Below, in pieces: positions 11,425-23,259 of a DNA stretch of 64,000 nt. The notes beneath the pieces are model-generated. The model made no database searches, was not told the DNA's origin, and was given only the letters and a program-made list of their open reading frames with translations. The position numbers were made by a program, and so were the translations under genes. The stretch is taken from the NCBI RefSeq assembly GCF_006345805.1, contig NC_043005.1, positions 98,208,001 through 98,272,000 of the forward strand. Reading direction: 5' to 3'. How positions within the stretch are numbered: position 1 is the stretch's first letter; each line of letters begins with the position of its first letter. This DNA comes from Octopus sinensis. Lineage: Eukaryota.

Positions 11425-12370
11425 TGACTAGTGACTTTACTCTTGAAAATCAACCCTGTGTTAGACCTGAGACCAAAGTGGATAATGATGAGCTGGAAAC
11501 TGCAATGGAAGCAGATACATCTCAAACTAAGTGTGAGTTAGCAGCAAAGTTTGAGGTTTTGATTCCAGCTGTATTGGACCATCTGAAACAAATTGGCATG
11601 GTAAAGAAGCTGGACAAATGGGTACCACATGAACTGAACAAGCATCAAATGACACATTGTCTTGAAACTTGCTGTTCTTTGCTGTCATGGCATAAAAGTG
11701 AACCATTTTTGCATTGTATTGTTACGTGTGATGAAAAATGGATTCTTTTCAACAATAGCAAGCATTCTACATGGTGACTGGATCCGGAGGAAGTGCCAAA
11801 ACATAATCCAAAAGAGAATATTCACCAAAAGAAACTAATGGTGTCCGTTTGGTGGTTTAGTGCTGGTGTCATCCACTACAACTTCATGATGCTGGTAAGT
11901 CAATTACAGCAGATGTATACATCAATCAGTTGAAAGAAATGATGAGTAAATTTGCAATCAAACAACCAAGAGTGGTTGATAGAGACAGGCCAATTCTTTT
12001 GCAAAACAGTGCTTGACCACATGTTGCACATAGAACGCTGCTCAAGTTACAGGAACTGAACTTGGAAGTACTCTGTCATCCAACATATTCATCAGACCTT
12101 GTACCAGCTGACTATCATGTTTTCTAGGCATTAGACAACTTTTAGCAAGGAAAAAAACTTCAAATCTGAAGATGCGAAAACAGCCTTTCGTTATTTCATC
12201 CCCTCTTGCTCTCCAGAATCCTTTGCTGCTGGCATAAATAAGCTACCAATAAAATGGTAAAATTGCATTGATAATTGAGGTGCATACTTTGATTAACTGC
12301 ATTGCTTTTTGCTGAGTTAATGTAAAATAAACTTTCAGTTCAAAATTGGACATCTCATTCTTAATGACCA
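11425..12370 (+). pseudogene. mariner transposase remnant, 5'-truncated, with putative 3' TIR
   Basis: KKLDKWVPHEL, IVTCDEKWILF and a decayed YSPDLAP motif (YSSDLVPADYH); multiple stops and frameshifts; ends ...ATTCTTAATGACCA|TA. Confidence 0.9.
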
Positions 12371-12376
12371 TATATA

Positions 12377-13822
12377 TAAGCAATTTTATTGACATTGTTT
12401 TGAAACCACTATGTACTTACATACCAAGTTTCATCAGGGATGACATCGACTTCCTGTCCCATCTTCCCAAAACAACAGAAACAAATTCAGTTTTACTAAG
12501 TTTTGATGTGGTAAGCCTCTACACCAATATTCCACACGATTTAGGAATAAAGGCGATTAAATACTGGTTAGTAAAACATAGAGGAGTGATTCCCAGCAGA
12601 TTCACAGTGCCATTTATATTAGACACAGTCAAACTTATTCTAGAAAATAACACATTCTTCTTCAATGGAAAGAATTACATCCAAATTAGAGGCACGGCAA
12701 TGGGAACGAGGTTTGCTCCCGTTTACGCCAACTCTGTAATGGGATACTTAGAACAACAACTCTACCAAGAGGTGGAGGTAAACTATGGCACTGGATTTAG
12801 AAAATATATTGAAAAGGCATGGAAGAGATACCTAGACGACTGCTTCATAATCTGGACAGAATCTCTAAATACTCTGGAAGAGTTCAATATCCTCCTGAAC
12901 AACCTACACCCATCTCTCCAATTTACAAAGGAAATGAGTAGTACCAAATTACCATTCCTGGATATAATGGTAATTAAAAAAGACACCACCATCACCACAG
13001 ATATATACTATAAACACACAGACACACATCAATACCTAAATTTTAAGTCATGCCATCCACCACATACAAAACGTAACATCCCATACTGCCTAGCCAGAAG
13101 AATTTGTACGATTGTAGAAGATGCAAATATCAGGAACAAACGCCTAATAGAACTAAGAGAATTTTTGCTCAAACAAAAATACCCATCTCTACTTATAGAA
13201 AATGGCATACAGCGGGCTATAAAAATACCCATACAACAACTTAGGACAACCAAGGAAGAGGAAAACAAGAACAAGTCATACCATTCATAGTGACACACAA
13301 ACCATGTCACCAGAATATCTTCAACATTGCCAAAGCAAACCTACCAATCATTGCCCAAAGTAATGAATTAAAAGACATAATCACGGATCAAGCTATGGTG
13401 CTTAGTAAAAGACAGCCTAAAACTTGAAAACATTACTAACAAAGGCAAAATTTGACCTCAGCAACAAAGACCAAACATTCACGGTATCTAAATGCAATGA
13501 TAGCCGATGTGGCACATGCCAATTCATACATACCGGTCAATATATAAACACAAAAACCGGGAAAATATTCACAAACGCGAATATGAATGCAAAAAGCAGA
13601 AATTTAATTTACTGCATCAAATGCCCAAATTGTGAAGAAATATATGTAGGTCAGACGGAAACGCACTATTAGAACGCTCACGTGTACACCGACAACAGAT
13701 TAGGAGACCAGAAAATATATATATTTCCGTTCTACAAATTACACAGCCCAAGTGAAATCGAGAGGAAAATCAGAGAAAAGAATTTTATTGATAAATTCGA
13801 ACCCAAGCTAAATAAGCAATAA
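12377..13822 (+). pseudogene. Penelope-like retroelement: RT plus GIY-YIG endonuclease, 5'-truncated and frameshifted
   Basis: LLSFDVVSLYTNIP, QIRGTAMGTRFAP, RYLDDCFIIW, LPFLD, YYKHTDTHQYL, SCHPPHTKRNIPY; linker CNDSRCGTC (Cx4Cx2C, Neptune-like); NLIYCIKCPNCEEIYVGQT; ends FIDKFEPKLNKQ*. Confidence 0.92.
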
Positions 13823-14420
13823 TAATAATACTTAGATAGCAGGAAAATTATCTTTATTAGGGTTTAAAGTTCTATTGCCACCACCATCACCACTAGCAAC
13901 AATATTAAGGTGCTGACAATGATGATGATGACAATTGAAATATAAAAATATAAAAATCTCTGACAAAGGCTATTTACAACATTTCTAAAAATAGCCAAAC
14001 AATTGCTGCTTCGGCCAGGGTCAAGATACAGGACTCTTGACATGTCCAACAAAGCGTGATGCCTAAACCAATCAGCTTAAGTAATTGAGTGATACTACAC
14101 ACTGATTGGTCAGAATACAGTTTGCAAAACCTAGCACTCTGGAGCCTACCCAGCTGTATTTATAGCACAGAATCAATCATCTTGCTACAGTCAAAAATTG
14201 TGAAGCATGACTGTCACCACTACTACATGAACCCGAAGATTGCAGAATTCAATGCATGAAAGTACTAGTTCAATCAGAATGAACATTTAAAATTCTACTA
14301 TTTCATTTTATTTTATTCAATTATAATATATTATCTTATAATATATCATTATAAGATTGTAAATAAAACGTGAAAATCAGACAAGGTTGAATTCTTTTTA
14401 TTAATATATTCTTCTATACA
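13823..14420 (+). mobile_element. Putative 3' UTR / pseudo-LTR of the Penelope-like element
   Basis: Non-coding region following the ORF; contains a same-strand HHR fold and AATAAA (~14363). The 3' boundary is uncertain. Confidence 0.5.
14228..14272 (+). ncRNA. Minimal type I hammerhead ribozyme fold, core mutated
   Basis: TGAAC-CCGAAGA-T-TGCA-gaattcaa-TGCA-T-GAAA-GTACT-A-GTTCA: perfect 5-bp stem I, 4-bp stem II and palindromic stem III (AGTACT). The core reads CCGAAGA instead of CTGAAGA. Confidence 0.7.
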
Positions 14421-14433
14421 CAATCACTCACAC

Positions 14434-14508
<75 letters not shown>

Positions 14509-14934
14509 ATTATTTGAGGGAATATTATTCTCAACCTACAGGGAAAAATTCAATTTAGAAATACTAAATCAAATTTCACAAAATATAATATATATAAAGA
14601 ATTAAAAAAAACACCTTTTATCAATTCAAAATGAACAATTAAATTACACCATCTAGAAAATTACATATAATAGAAATATTAAAATTAGAATAACAATAAT
14701 ATACCGATGATTAAGTAAATTGCAAAATAGTGATAAGAACGTATATATATATACATATGTATATATATCATGGAAGCCAATATACCAGCTAGCATGGAAG
14801 CCTAATACGGATCCCTGGCTCCAGCCTGAGCTGTGAACTTAGAACCTAATGGATGACCAATTATAGCACTTACTCAGCGTACTTTACGTTTAAATTACCA
14901 GTGAACTAAACGCCTCATATTCTTTATATATTAG

Positions 14935-15117
14935 AGGCATAGAAGTGGCTGTGTGGTAGGAAGCTTGCTTCCCAACCACATGGTTCCAGGTTCAGTTCCA
15001 CTGTGCCGTACCTTGGACAAGCGTCTTCTACTATAGCCTCAGGCCAACCAAAGCCTTGTGAATGGATTTGAAAGACAGAAACTGAAAGACTCCCATTGTA
15101 TATATACATGTGTGTGT

Positions 15118-15153
<36 letters not shown>

Positions 15154-15317
15154 TCCCCTCCACCAACACTTGACAACCGATGTTGGTGTGTTTACGTGCC
15201 TGTAACTTAGCAGTTCGGGAAAGGTGACCAATAGGATAAGTACTAGGCTTACAAAAAATAAGGGGCTGATTTGTTTCACAAAAGGCAGTGCTCCAGCATG
15301 GCCACAGTCAACAAGTA

Positions 15318-15322
<5 letters not shown>
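14935..15322 (+). mobile_element. SINE family A copy
   Basis: Head-to-tail match; a further decayed head follows at ~15410-15560. Confidence 0.85.
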
Positions 15323-15363
<41 letters not shown>

Positions 15364-15662
15364 GAGATATATTTGCACATATATATGCATACATGGAGAT
15401 ACCTGAATGCAGTAAGACCATATATTTAAGAAGTCGCATAACCAAGGTTCCAGGTTTGATCCTATAGCATAACATCTTGGGCAAGAGTCATTTTCTAGAT
15501 CCTTCATTCAAATCATACCTTTTGAGGGAAATTAGGCAGATGGAAACTGTGTAGAAGCCTAGCAGATAAATTTTTATTCAGGAGCAGGTAATTCAGCTGA
15601 CTGAAGAACTGAATCCTTCCTTCATTGTTGATTGACAAAGAATATATATGTCTGTGTGTGTG

Positions 15663-15689
<27 letters not shown>

Positions 15690-15693
<4 letters not shown>

Positions 15694-16145
15694 CAAATCA
15701 AAATCAAAATCAAACCAAATCAAATCAGATATCAGAAAGCAGAACCAAAATCAAAGTCGATCAACATCAATGGAAATTGCAGCTGTGGTTAAGCGAACCA
15801 TCCGATCGTGGCCGTTGCCAGCGCCGCCCCGACTGGCCTCCGTGCCGGTGGCACATAAAAGCACCATCCGTTCGTGTCCGTTGCCAGCCTTGCCTGGTCC
15901 CTGTGCCGGTAGCACGTAAAAGCACCATCCGTTCGTGGCCGTTTGCCAGCTCCGTCTGGCACCTGTGCGGGTGGCACGTAAAAAGCACCCACTACACTTA
16001 CGAAGTGGTTGGTGTTAGGAAGGGCATCCAGCCGTAGAAACACTGCCAGATCAGACTGGGCCTGATGCAGCCTTCTGGCTTCACAGACCCCAGTTGAACC
16101 GTCCAACCCATGCTAGCATGGAAAGCGGACGCTAAATGATGATGA
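15690..16145 (+). mobile_element. RTE 3' UTR fragment (family R, 3 full ~60-bp modules)
   Basis: Same signature and (GAT)n tail. Confidence 0.85.
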
Positions 16146-16147
16146 TA

Positions 16148-16207
<60 letters not shown>

Positions 16208-16212
16208 TTGTA

Positions 16213-16255
<43 letters not shown>

Positions 16256-16357
16256 ATATATGTAGGTGTATGTGTGTGTGTGCATGTATATATATATATA
16301 TACATGTTTATATATACATATGTATATATGTATGTATACATATATATATATATATGT

Positions 16358-16395
<38 letters not shown>

Positions 16396-16430
16396 TATAT
16401 ATACACATACATATATATATGTATGTATAC

Positions 16431-16470
<40 letters not shown>
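16146..16470. repeat. Long interrupted (TA)n microsatellite
   Basis: Read directly; similar tracts at ~14437-14506, 18310-18520, 19550-19930, 49090-49260 and 53000-53190. Confidence 0.95.
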
Positions 16471-16477
<7 letters not shown>

Positions 16478-16633
16478 CATATAAGTCTCTGCCTACGTCT
16501 CTGTCTGTCTGTCTCTCCCTCTCTCTATATATATAAAGAGCGAAAGAGAGAGTTATATGAGTTTAAGAAGTGGTCTTACTCAGTCCAGGAACTGACTTCC
16601 AACACAAACACACACATGCACACACTACCTTAC

Positions 16634-16991
16634 TCTTGGCTGTAGTAGTAGTAACACCAGCAACACCGCCAGTAGCAGTGCAGTTACCTGTAAGGTGGTG
16701 ATGGTGATGGCGATGGTGCTGCTGCTGCTGTTGTATGAGCTGAGGGCTAGGAGATAGATGGTCATTAATGGAGGTGGTGGAGGTGATGGTGGGAAGGGTG
16801 GTGGTGGTGGTGGTGAGATTAAAAAGCTGGTTGTTGATTGTTGCCAAGGGTGACTCTAAACCAGTTGTCACATCACCAACACCACCACCACCACCACCAT
16901 CATAAACACTACTGCCACCGACACCACCACCTCCACCTTTAAGGCTCTGTGTATTCTTTAGCCAGGTGTGTTCCCACTTTGTAGCTTTCAC
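16634..16991 (-). CDS. Candidate coding exon, Gly/Thr/Gln/His-rich low-complexity protein (regulatory-protein-like)
   Basis: A stop-free frame ([18 protein letters not shown]...[17 protein letters not shown]...[23 protein letters not shown]) with mixed synonymous codons in its homopolymers, and donor-like sites (ACAG|GTAACT, AAGA|GTAAGG, AAG|GTAGTG). There is no in-frame ATG or clear acceptor. Confidence 0.4.
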
Positions 16992-17246
16992 TTTCTTCTT
17001 TTCCTCCTTCTCCTGCTCTTCCTTCTACTCCTTGTGTTTGTCTGTTTGTTGTTGTTTTTCTCTATATCTCTTTCCATCTTTTTCTTTTTCATGTGTGTGT
17101 ATGTGTGTGTGTGTCTATAGACGTGTGTTCAACTCTTTATTTCTCTCCCTCTTTCTCCCTCTCTCTCTTTCTTTCTTCCTTTTTTCTGCCTTTCTCTCTC
17201 TCTCTCCCTCTGTTTGTGTATGTATGTATATCTATCTATCTATCTA

Positions 17247-17282
<36 letters not shown>

Positions 17283-17455
17283 TAGATAGATATATACACG
17301 TGTGTCTGTGTGTGTGTGTATATGTACTGCTTCCCTCATCTCCCCTCCCACTGACCATCAAGGAACACTATCACCCACACCATCACCAATGAGTTACCCT
17401 CGGCTCCTTCCCAAAGCTACTGTCTTGAGTAGTTCAGTACACCACCAAGGAAAGT

Positions 17456-17475
17456 GGGGTGGGTGGGAGATGGGG
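17456..17475 (+). other. Canonical G-quadruplex-forming motif
   Basis: GGGG-T-GGG-T-GGG-AGAT-GGGG. Confidence 0.6.
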
Positions 17476-17867
17476 TAGATAAGTGAATAAATAAAATATG
17501 AAAAAAAAATTTAATGGCTAAAAATAGTAGAGTGACCCAGGAGACAGTGCGTTTGTTTACCTAGACTCTCTTTCTTTCTCTCTCTCTCTCTTTCACTCTT
17601 TTTCTCTTTCCATCTGAATCTCTGTTTCTCTCTAAACTTTCCTCTGTCTTGTTCATGCTTGCCAACAGACATACAGACAGACAGACAAGCAGACGGACTG
17701 ACGGACTGACAGACTGTCATAGAGTCGGACAGACAGACGGATGGATGGACCAACATTGTCCAGTCCAGTCTACTGTTTTGTGTGAGCTACTCTTTTTTTT
17801 TTTTGCTTTCCACGGCTGCTTCAAAGATGCGAGACCACACTTGCAACTTCTGTTATTATTTTAAGAC

Positions 17868-18225
17868 GACAACAACAACAACAACAACTACAACAACAAC
17901 AGTAACAAATACATAACAATCAAATATGAAAGTAGTGGAAAATACTGAACAACAACAACAACAGCAAAAACAACCACAACAACAGTAACAAAAACAGCAA
18001 CACTTTCATCAACTAACACATCTACAACAACAACAACAACAGCAGTGATAAGATGTGATAAAAAGGAAAAATAACAATAACAGGTGACAACTACGGTAAC
18101 AGGTGTATTTACAATGTCAATCACAACATCAGTAACACCACCACCACCAACAACAACAACAACATCAACAACCACAAAATCAACATCAACATCTCCAACA
18201 ACAACAACAACAACAACAACAAGCT
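17868..18225. repeat. Degenerate (CAA)n low-complexity tract
   Basis: Read directly; stops occur in all three plus frames. Confidence 0.85.
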
Positions 18226-18384
18226 GAGTCCCAGAGCAAACGGAAGAACGAGACAATAATAAAACAGTTTTGTTCTCTCATTTTACTCCTTGTGTCAGTA
18301 AAGAAACTGGCAGATATATATATATAAGTATGTATACATAAATATACATAAACCATCTATACATATACATACATATATATACAT

Positions 18385-18482
<98 letters not shown>

Positions 18483-18902
18483 TATACATATATATGTATG
18501 TATATGTGTATGTATATGAACTTGTATATAACTTAGAGTCAGAGCGGAGAAGATGGAACATCAATGGGGTGTGTATAAAAGTTGTTGATATATTTTTGTT
18601 TTGTTTTTCTTTTATTAGTTATTTCATTTGTGTTGTTTATTGTAGTTTTAAATTTTCTGATAACATTTCAGCACAACACTCACTTTCAATTTCCCCCTTC
18701 CTCTTCCCCCCAGCCATTGTTACCTGACTCCATGTAGTTTGCTTGACCTATGCCGTCACTAGAACTAACACCTGAATCCCTCCCACTTTGAATCATGTAT
18801 AACCTCCTATCCTAAAATGAATGAACTCTTTAAAGATGTTATATAATGTGATATTTGGCATGTTACTTGCCAAAAAATAATAACTATAATAACAACAACA
18901 AC

Positions 18903-18934
<32 letters not shown>

Positions 18935-18939
18935 TAATC

Positions 18940-18970
<31 letters not shown>

Positions 18971-19635
18971 TGATGATGATGATGATGTGATGATGATGAT
19001 GATGATGATAATAATGATAATAATGATAAGAAGAGGGAAAATGAAGAAGTATGATGAGATGGTCATGTCTAGAATGTGCATGATCATAGATATGCTCAAT
19101 TAACAGTGACCTTGTGTTAACGAAACTAACAAAAATATCACTGTCAAGAGAAAGATAAATTCGTTAGTGTTGCGTGTAATAAGGGATATCAAGTATTTAA
19201 TAGCAAATTATACTATACAACAACAACAACAACAACAATAATAATAATAATGATGATGATGATGATGATGAGCTTATCATGTACGGTGCTCAGGTGAATG
19301 GCAACTTATCGGCATATACGTTTGCTCATAACGTAAATAATAGCGGATGTCAAATGGCAAATATTGACTAAATAGCAATTAACACTATTGTATATATATC
19401 TGTTAGTATCATGTATAGCACTGCATATCAAATAGCTGGTATTCAATGGGGAGCAAATAATTCTGTGTGCGCGCACGTGTGTGTGTGTGCATGTGTGTGT
19501 GTATTTCTTTGTGTGTTTGTGATTTTATACTTACATATATTACACACAGACACACATATATATATATATACACACATATTCATACATACTTGCTTATATA
19601 TATATATACGTGTATATATGTATGTATGTATATAT

Positions 19636-19673
<38 letters not shown>

Positions 19674-19781
19674 TATACATACATATATGTGTGCATATAT
19701 ATATGTTTGTGCATGTATATGTATATATATATATATATATATATACACATGTATGTATATAATATATATACATACATATAC

Positions 19782-19834
<53 letters not shown>

Positions 19835-19994
19835 GTATGCATACACATATACATAAATATGTGTGTGTGCATATATAAATATAAGCATACATACATTACA
19901 TATATACATACATATGTATATGAATACATGCAATAGGATTTGTTACATGTACACATGGTGTTTGATACTCAGTACTTGATATATAGTATTTTGT

Positions 19995-20037
<43 letters not shown>

Positions 20038-20292
20038 TATATATATATATACATATATATGTATGTATGTATATGTGTAAATTTGTATGTTTAGTTTTAA
20101 GTATGTATTCTCATGCATATGGTTACATGTCTAGACATGCTCATATATACTTAAATGACAAACTTCTGGAAAGTTTTACAGATTTTTACTGTTTGAGGTA
20201 TGGATTGGATATGTAGTCTTTGAATGTATGTATGTATGCATGTATGTACATACATACATATGTATGTAGATAGGTATGTATGTATGTATGTT

Positions 20293-20326
<34 letters not shown>

Positions 20327-20437
20327 GTAGGTATGTACATGTGTGTATATATATATATATATATAATATATATGCTTATAGATATGTGTGTATGTGTGTG
20401 TGTGTGTGTGCATGCATGCGCATGTGTGTGTGTATTC

Positions 20438-20644
20438 TTTTATTCTTTTATATGTTTCAGTCATTTGACTGTAGCCATGCTGGAGCACCGCCTTTAGTCA
20501 AACAAATCAACCCAGGACTTATTCTTTATAAACCAAGTACTTATTCTATCCGTCTCATTTCCTGAAGCACTAAATTATGGGGATGTAAACACACCAGCAT
20601 CGATTGTCCAGCAATGGTGGGGGGACAAACACAGACACACAAGC

Positions 20645-20650
<6 letters not shown>
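20438..20650 (-). mobile_element. SINE family A, 3' half
   Basis: Tail and body match; the head is missing. Confidence 0.8.
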
Positions 20651-20677
<27 letters not shown>

Positions 20678-20685
20678 TATATATA

Positions 20686-21005
20686 TCATCATCATCATCA
20701 CCATCGTTTAACGCCCGTTTTCCATGCTAGCATGGGTTAGACGGTTCAACCAGGGTCTGGGAAGCCAGGAGGCTGCAACAGGCTACAGTTTCAACTGGTA
20801 GTGTTTCTACAGCTGGATGCCCTTCCTAACTCCAATCACTCCGTGTGTCGTGGGTGCTTTTTACGTGCCACCGACAAAGGCGTCAGGGGAGGCTGGTAGC
20901 AGCCACGATTGGTTGGTGCTTTTTATGTGCCACTGGCATGGAAGCCAGTCAAGGCAGCACTGGCATCGGCCACATTTAGATGGTGCTTTTTATGTGCCAC
21001 CATCA
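20686..21005 (-). mobile_element. RTE 3' UTR fragment (family R)
   Basis: (ATC)n-GTTTAAC...GGATGCCCTTCCTAAC...GGTGCTTTTTACGTGCCAC. Confidence 0.85.
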
Positions 21006-21009
21006 CAGG

Positions 21010-21160
21010 TATACCTCCCTGCAACCTGAGTATCCACCTCATCACATCTTTACCATCTTCTTTCTCCCCTCTCTCTATTCTCTCCTATTGAGGTAAACAT
21101 GAATCTTCTCTACTTCAAGACATCTATTTCTGCTCCTTTATTCATGTTCTAATCTCTTGA
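21010..21160. repeat. 151-bp block, copy 1 of a near-identical local direct repeat
   Basis: Matches 27631-27781 with only 2 substitutions seen (CATGTTCT versus CATACTCT). Confidence 0.9.
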
Positions 21161-21637
21161 TTAAACACAAATCATTTGACATAAATCCACCTTGCTCAAT
21201 ACCATTCTCTACTCATTTGAGGTGTTTTGTCTTAAATGTTATTTAACAACCTCACTGGTGTTGGTGCCACTTGAAAACCACCCACTACTCTCTGTAAAGT
21301 GGTTGGCATTAGGAAGAGCATTCAACATTAGGAGCCGTGCCAAAGCTGGCAGTGGAGCCTGGTGCAGTCCTCTGGTTTGACAGCTCTTGTCAAGCTGCCA
21401 GAATGTGTTGGACTGTTTGGAGCAGGACATTAAATGATGATGAAGATGATGATGAAGATGATGATGAAGATGATGATGATGATGATGACGATGACGATGA
21501 CGATACTGATGATGATGATGATACTGATGATAATGTTTATGCATATATACATTATGTGTGTATATATGTTTATATATAAAAACCATTGCATGTGTGTGTG
21601 TGTACTGTATATATTTGTGCACATGTGTGTATGTATG

Positions 21638-21694
<57 letters not shown>

Positions 21695-21754
21695 CCTTTC
21701 TACTACAGGCACAAGGCTTGGATTTTGTGGGGAGGGGGACTGTCATAATAACAG

Positions 21755-22212
21755 CAAATATTCTGCTCAATATCACAAATGTGCTTGTCAGTTGCTTGAC
21801 CATGACCAGTTGAACATGTCCCTTTGTGGCTGAAGATATGTGCATCTCTGATTGTAAACAGAAGTAATGGGCGGGGTGGGGGGCATCATAGCCATGTGTT
21901 GAGAGGAATTCCTTGGGGTTTGAATAATTCACCTCTGAAAGCATGGGTGTTTTTTTCATCATCCTCAAACAACCCTTATTCAGGGACCTTAGGAGCGGGA
22001 TGGGCTACTCGACCAGAAGAAAATTCTAACTGGGCCCCACCTGCAAGGTCATGTGCTGTTTATTTTGATATGAGATCACCATGTCACGCACATATGGTTG
22101 TGATGCATGCGCCTGGTGTACCCTTAGCAGACAGGTAGTCATGATGGGTATGTTGGGCTTTTGTATATTTGTACCCCAGTGTCACTTTGATGGCATGCAC
22201 TGTTCTATCACA
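21755..22212 (+). mobile_element. Dispersed retroposon-like repeat (family E), uninterrupted copy
   Basis: Collinear with 61938-62836, where it ends in an (AAT)n tail. Confidence 0.75.
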
Positions 22213-22430
22213 GACATCAGGCCTGGAATTTTGAGGGGAGGTGGATGGTCGATCACATCGACCGCAATACTTGTCTAGAACTTAAGTTATCAACCCTGAA
22301 ATGATGAAAGGCAATGTTGACCTCAGCAGAATTTGAACTCAGAACCTAAGGACCGACGGAATTCCGCTAAGCATTTTGCTCTGTGTGCTAACAATTCTGC
22401 CAGATCACCACCTTAATAATAATAATGATG

Positions 22431-22479
<49 letters not shown>

Positions 22480-22615
22480 TAATAATAATCCTTTTTACTA
22501 AAGGCACAAGGCCTGAAATTATGGGAGAGGGGACTAGTCGAATACATTGTCTCCAGTGTTCCACTGGTACTTAATTTGTCAGCCCTGAAAGAATGACAGG
22601 CAAAATTGATCTCAT
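22213..22615 (-). mobile_element. Two degenerate SINE family B copies separated by (AAT)n
   Basis: Family B signature at ~22213-22415 and ~22490-22615. Confidence 0.7.
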
Positions 22616-22689
22616 ACTTTCGGGGTCAAAGCAGGCCAACGACTGGTATCCGATCACTACAAGGCTTTAATATATTTGAACATTGATAA

Positions 22690-22960
22690 AACTTGAGGAT
22701 GAGAGAATACATTGCTACTATAATGTCTTCCAGTTGCTGCTGGGAAATACACCATCTGCCCATGTATTCTTGAAACAGCTGTAAGGGACTATCTGTATGC
22801 CTTCCACCTTCTTCTTATTCAGCTTTGGATTGTATCTATGATGACCAGCTTTATCTAATACCAATAGTTCTGGCTTACCATATAAGTGTTCCAGGAGAAA
22901 ATCAGCATATACGTGCCATCTTTTATTGACCTCTTGTGTTCCAAACTCCTGCAACATTCT
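22690..22960 (-). pseudogene. Old REL-endonuclease LINE (R4/Dong-like) C-terminal remnant
   Basis: KPELLVLDK resembles KPDxVVxDK; the downstream similarity is weak and frameshifted. Confidence 0.35.
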
Positions 22961-23226
22961 TTTCTACTTTCAGTTTTGCTCAATGTTTAAATATATAAAA
23001 GTTATAATCTGATCTGATACCAACTGGTTGCCTGTTTATACTTTCGTTCTGTTACACACATACCTGATCAATAGAAACACTATGTATAGCCAATCTTCAT
23101 TAGACTGCTACCTGAATTTTATGTATATATGTATGTATGTATGTATGTGTGTATGTATGTATGTATGTATGTATGTGTGTATGTATGTATGTTGTCCGTC
23201 CATCCATCCAGCCATCTACGTGTCTG

Positions 23227-23259
<33 letters not shown>

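Noticed and set aside
12346-12376. Start of the 314-aa ORF
   Set aside because: It derives from the mariner terminal region and TA repeats, not from the PLE.
14702-14745. CCGATGA...GAACG as another hammerhead
   Set aside because: Both core strands are mutated and the stems are only 3-bp A/T pairs, compatible with chance in AT-rich DNA.
17868-18300. Thr-, Gln- or Asn-rich (mucin-like or polyQ) coding region
   Set aside because: Stops interrupt every plus frame, and the open minus frame is poly-Val antisense of the CAA repeat.
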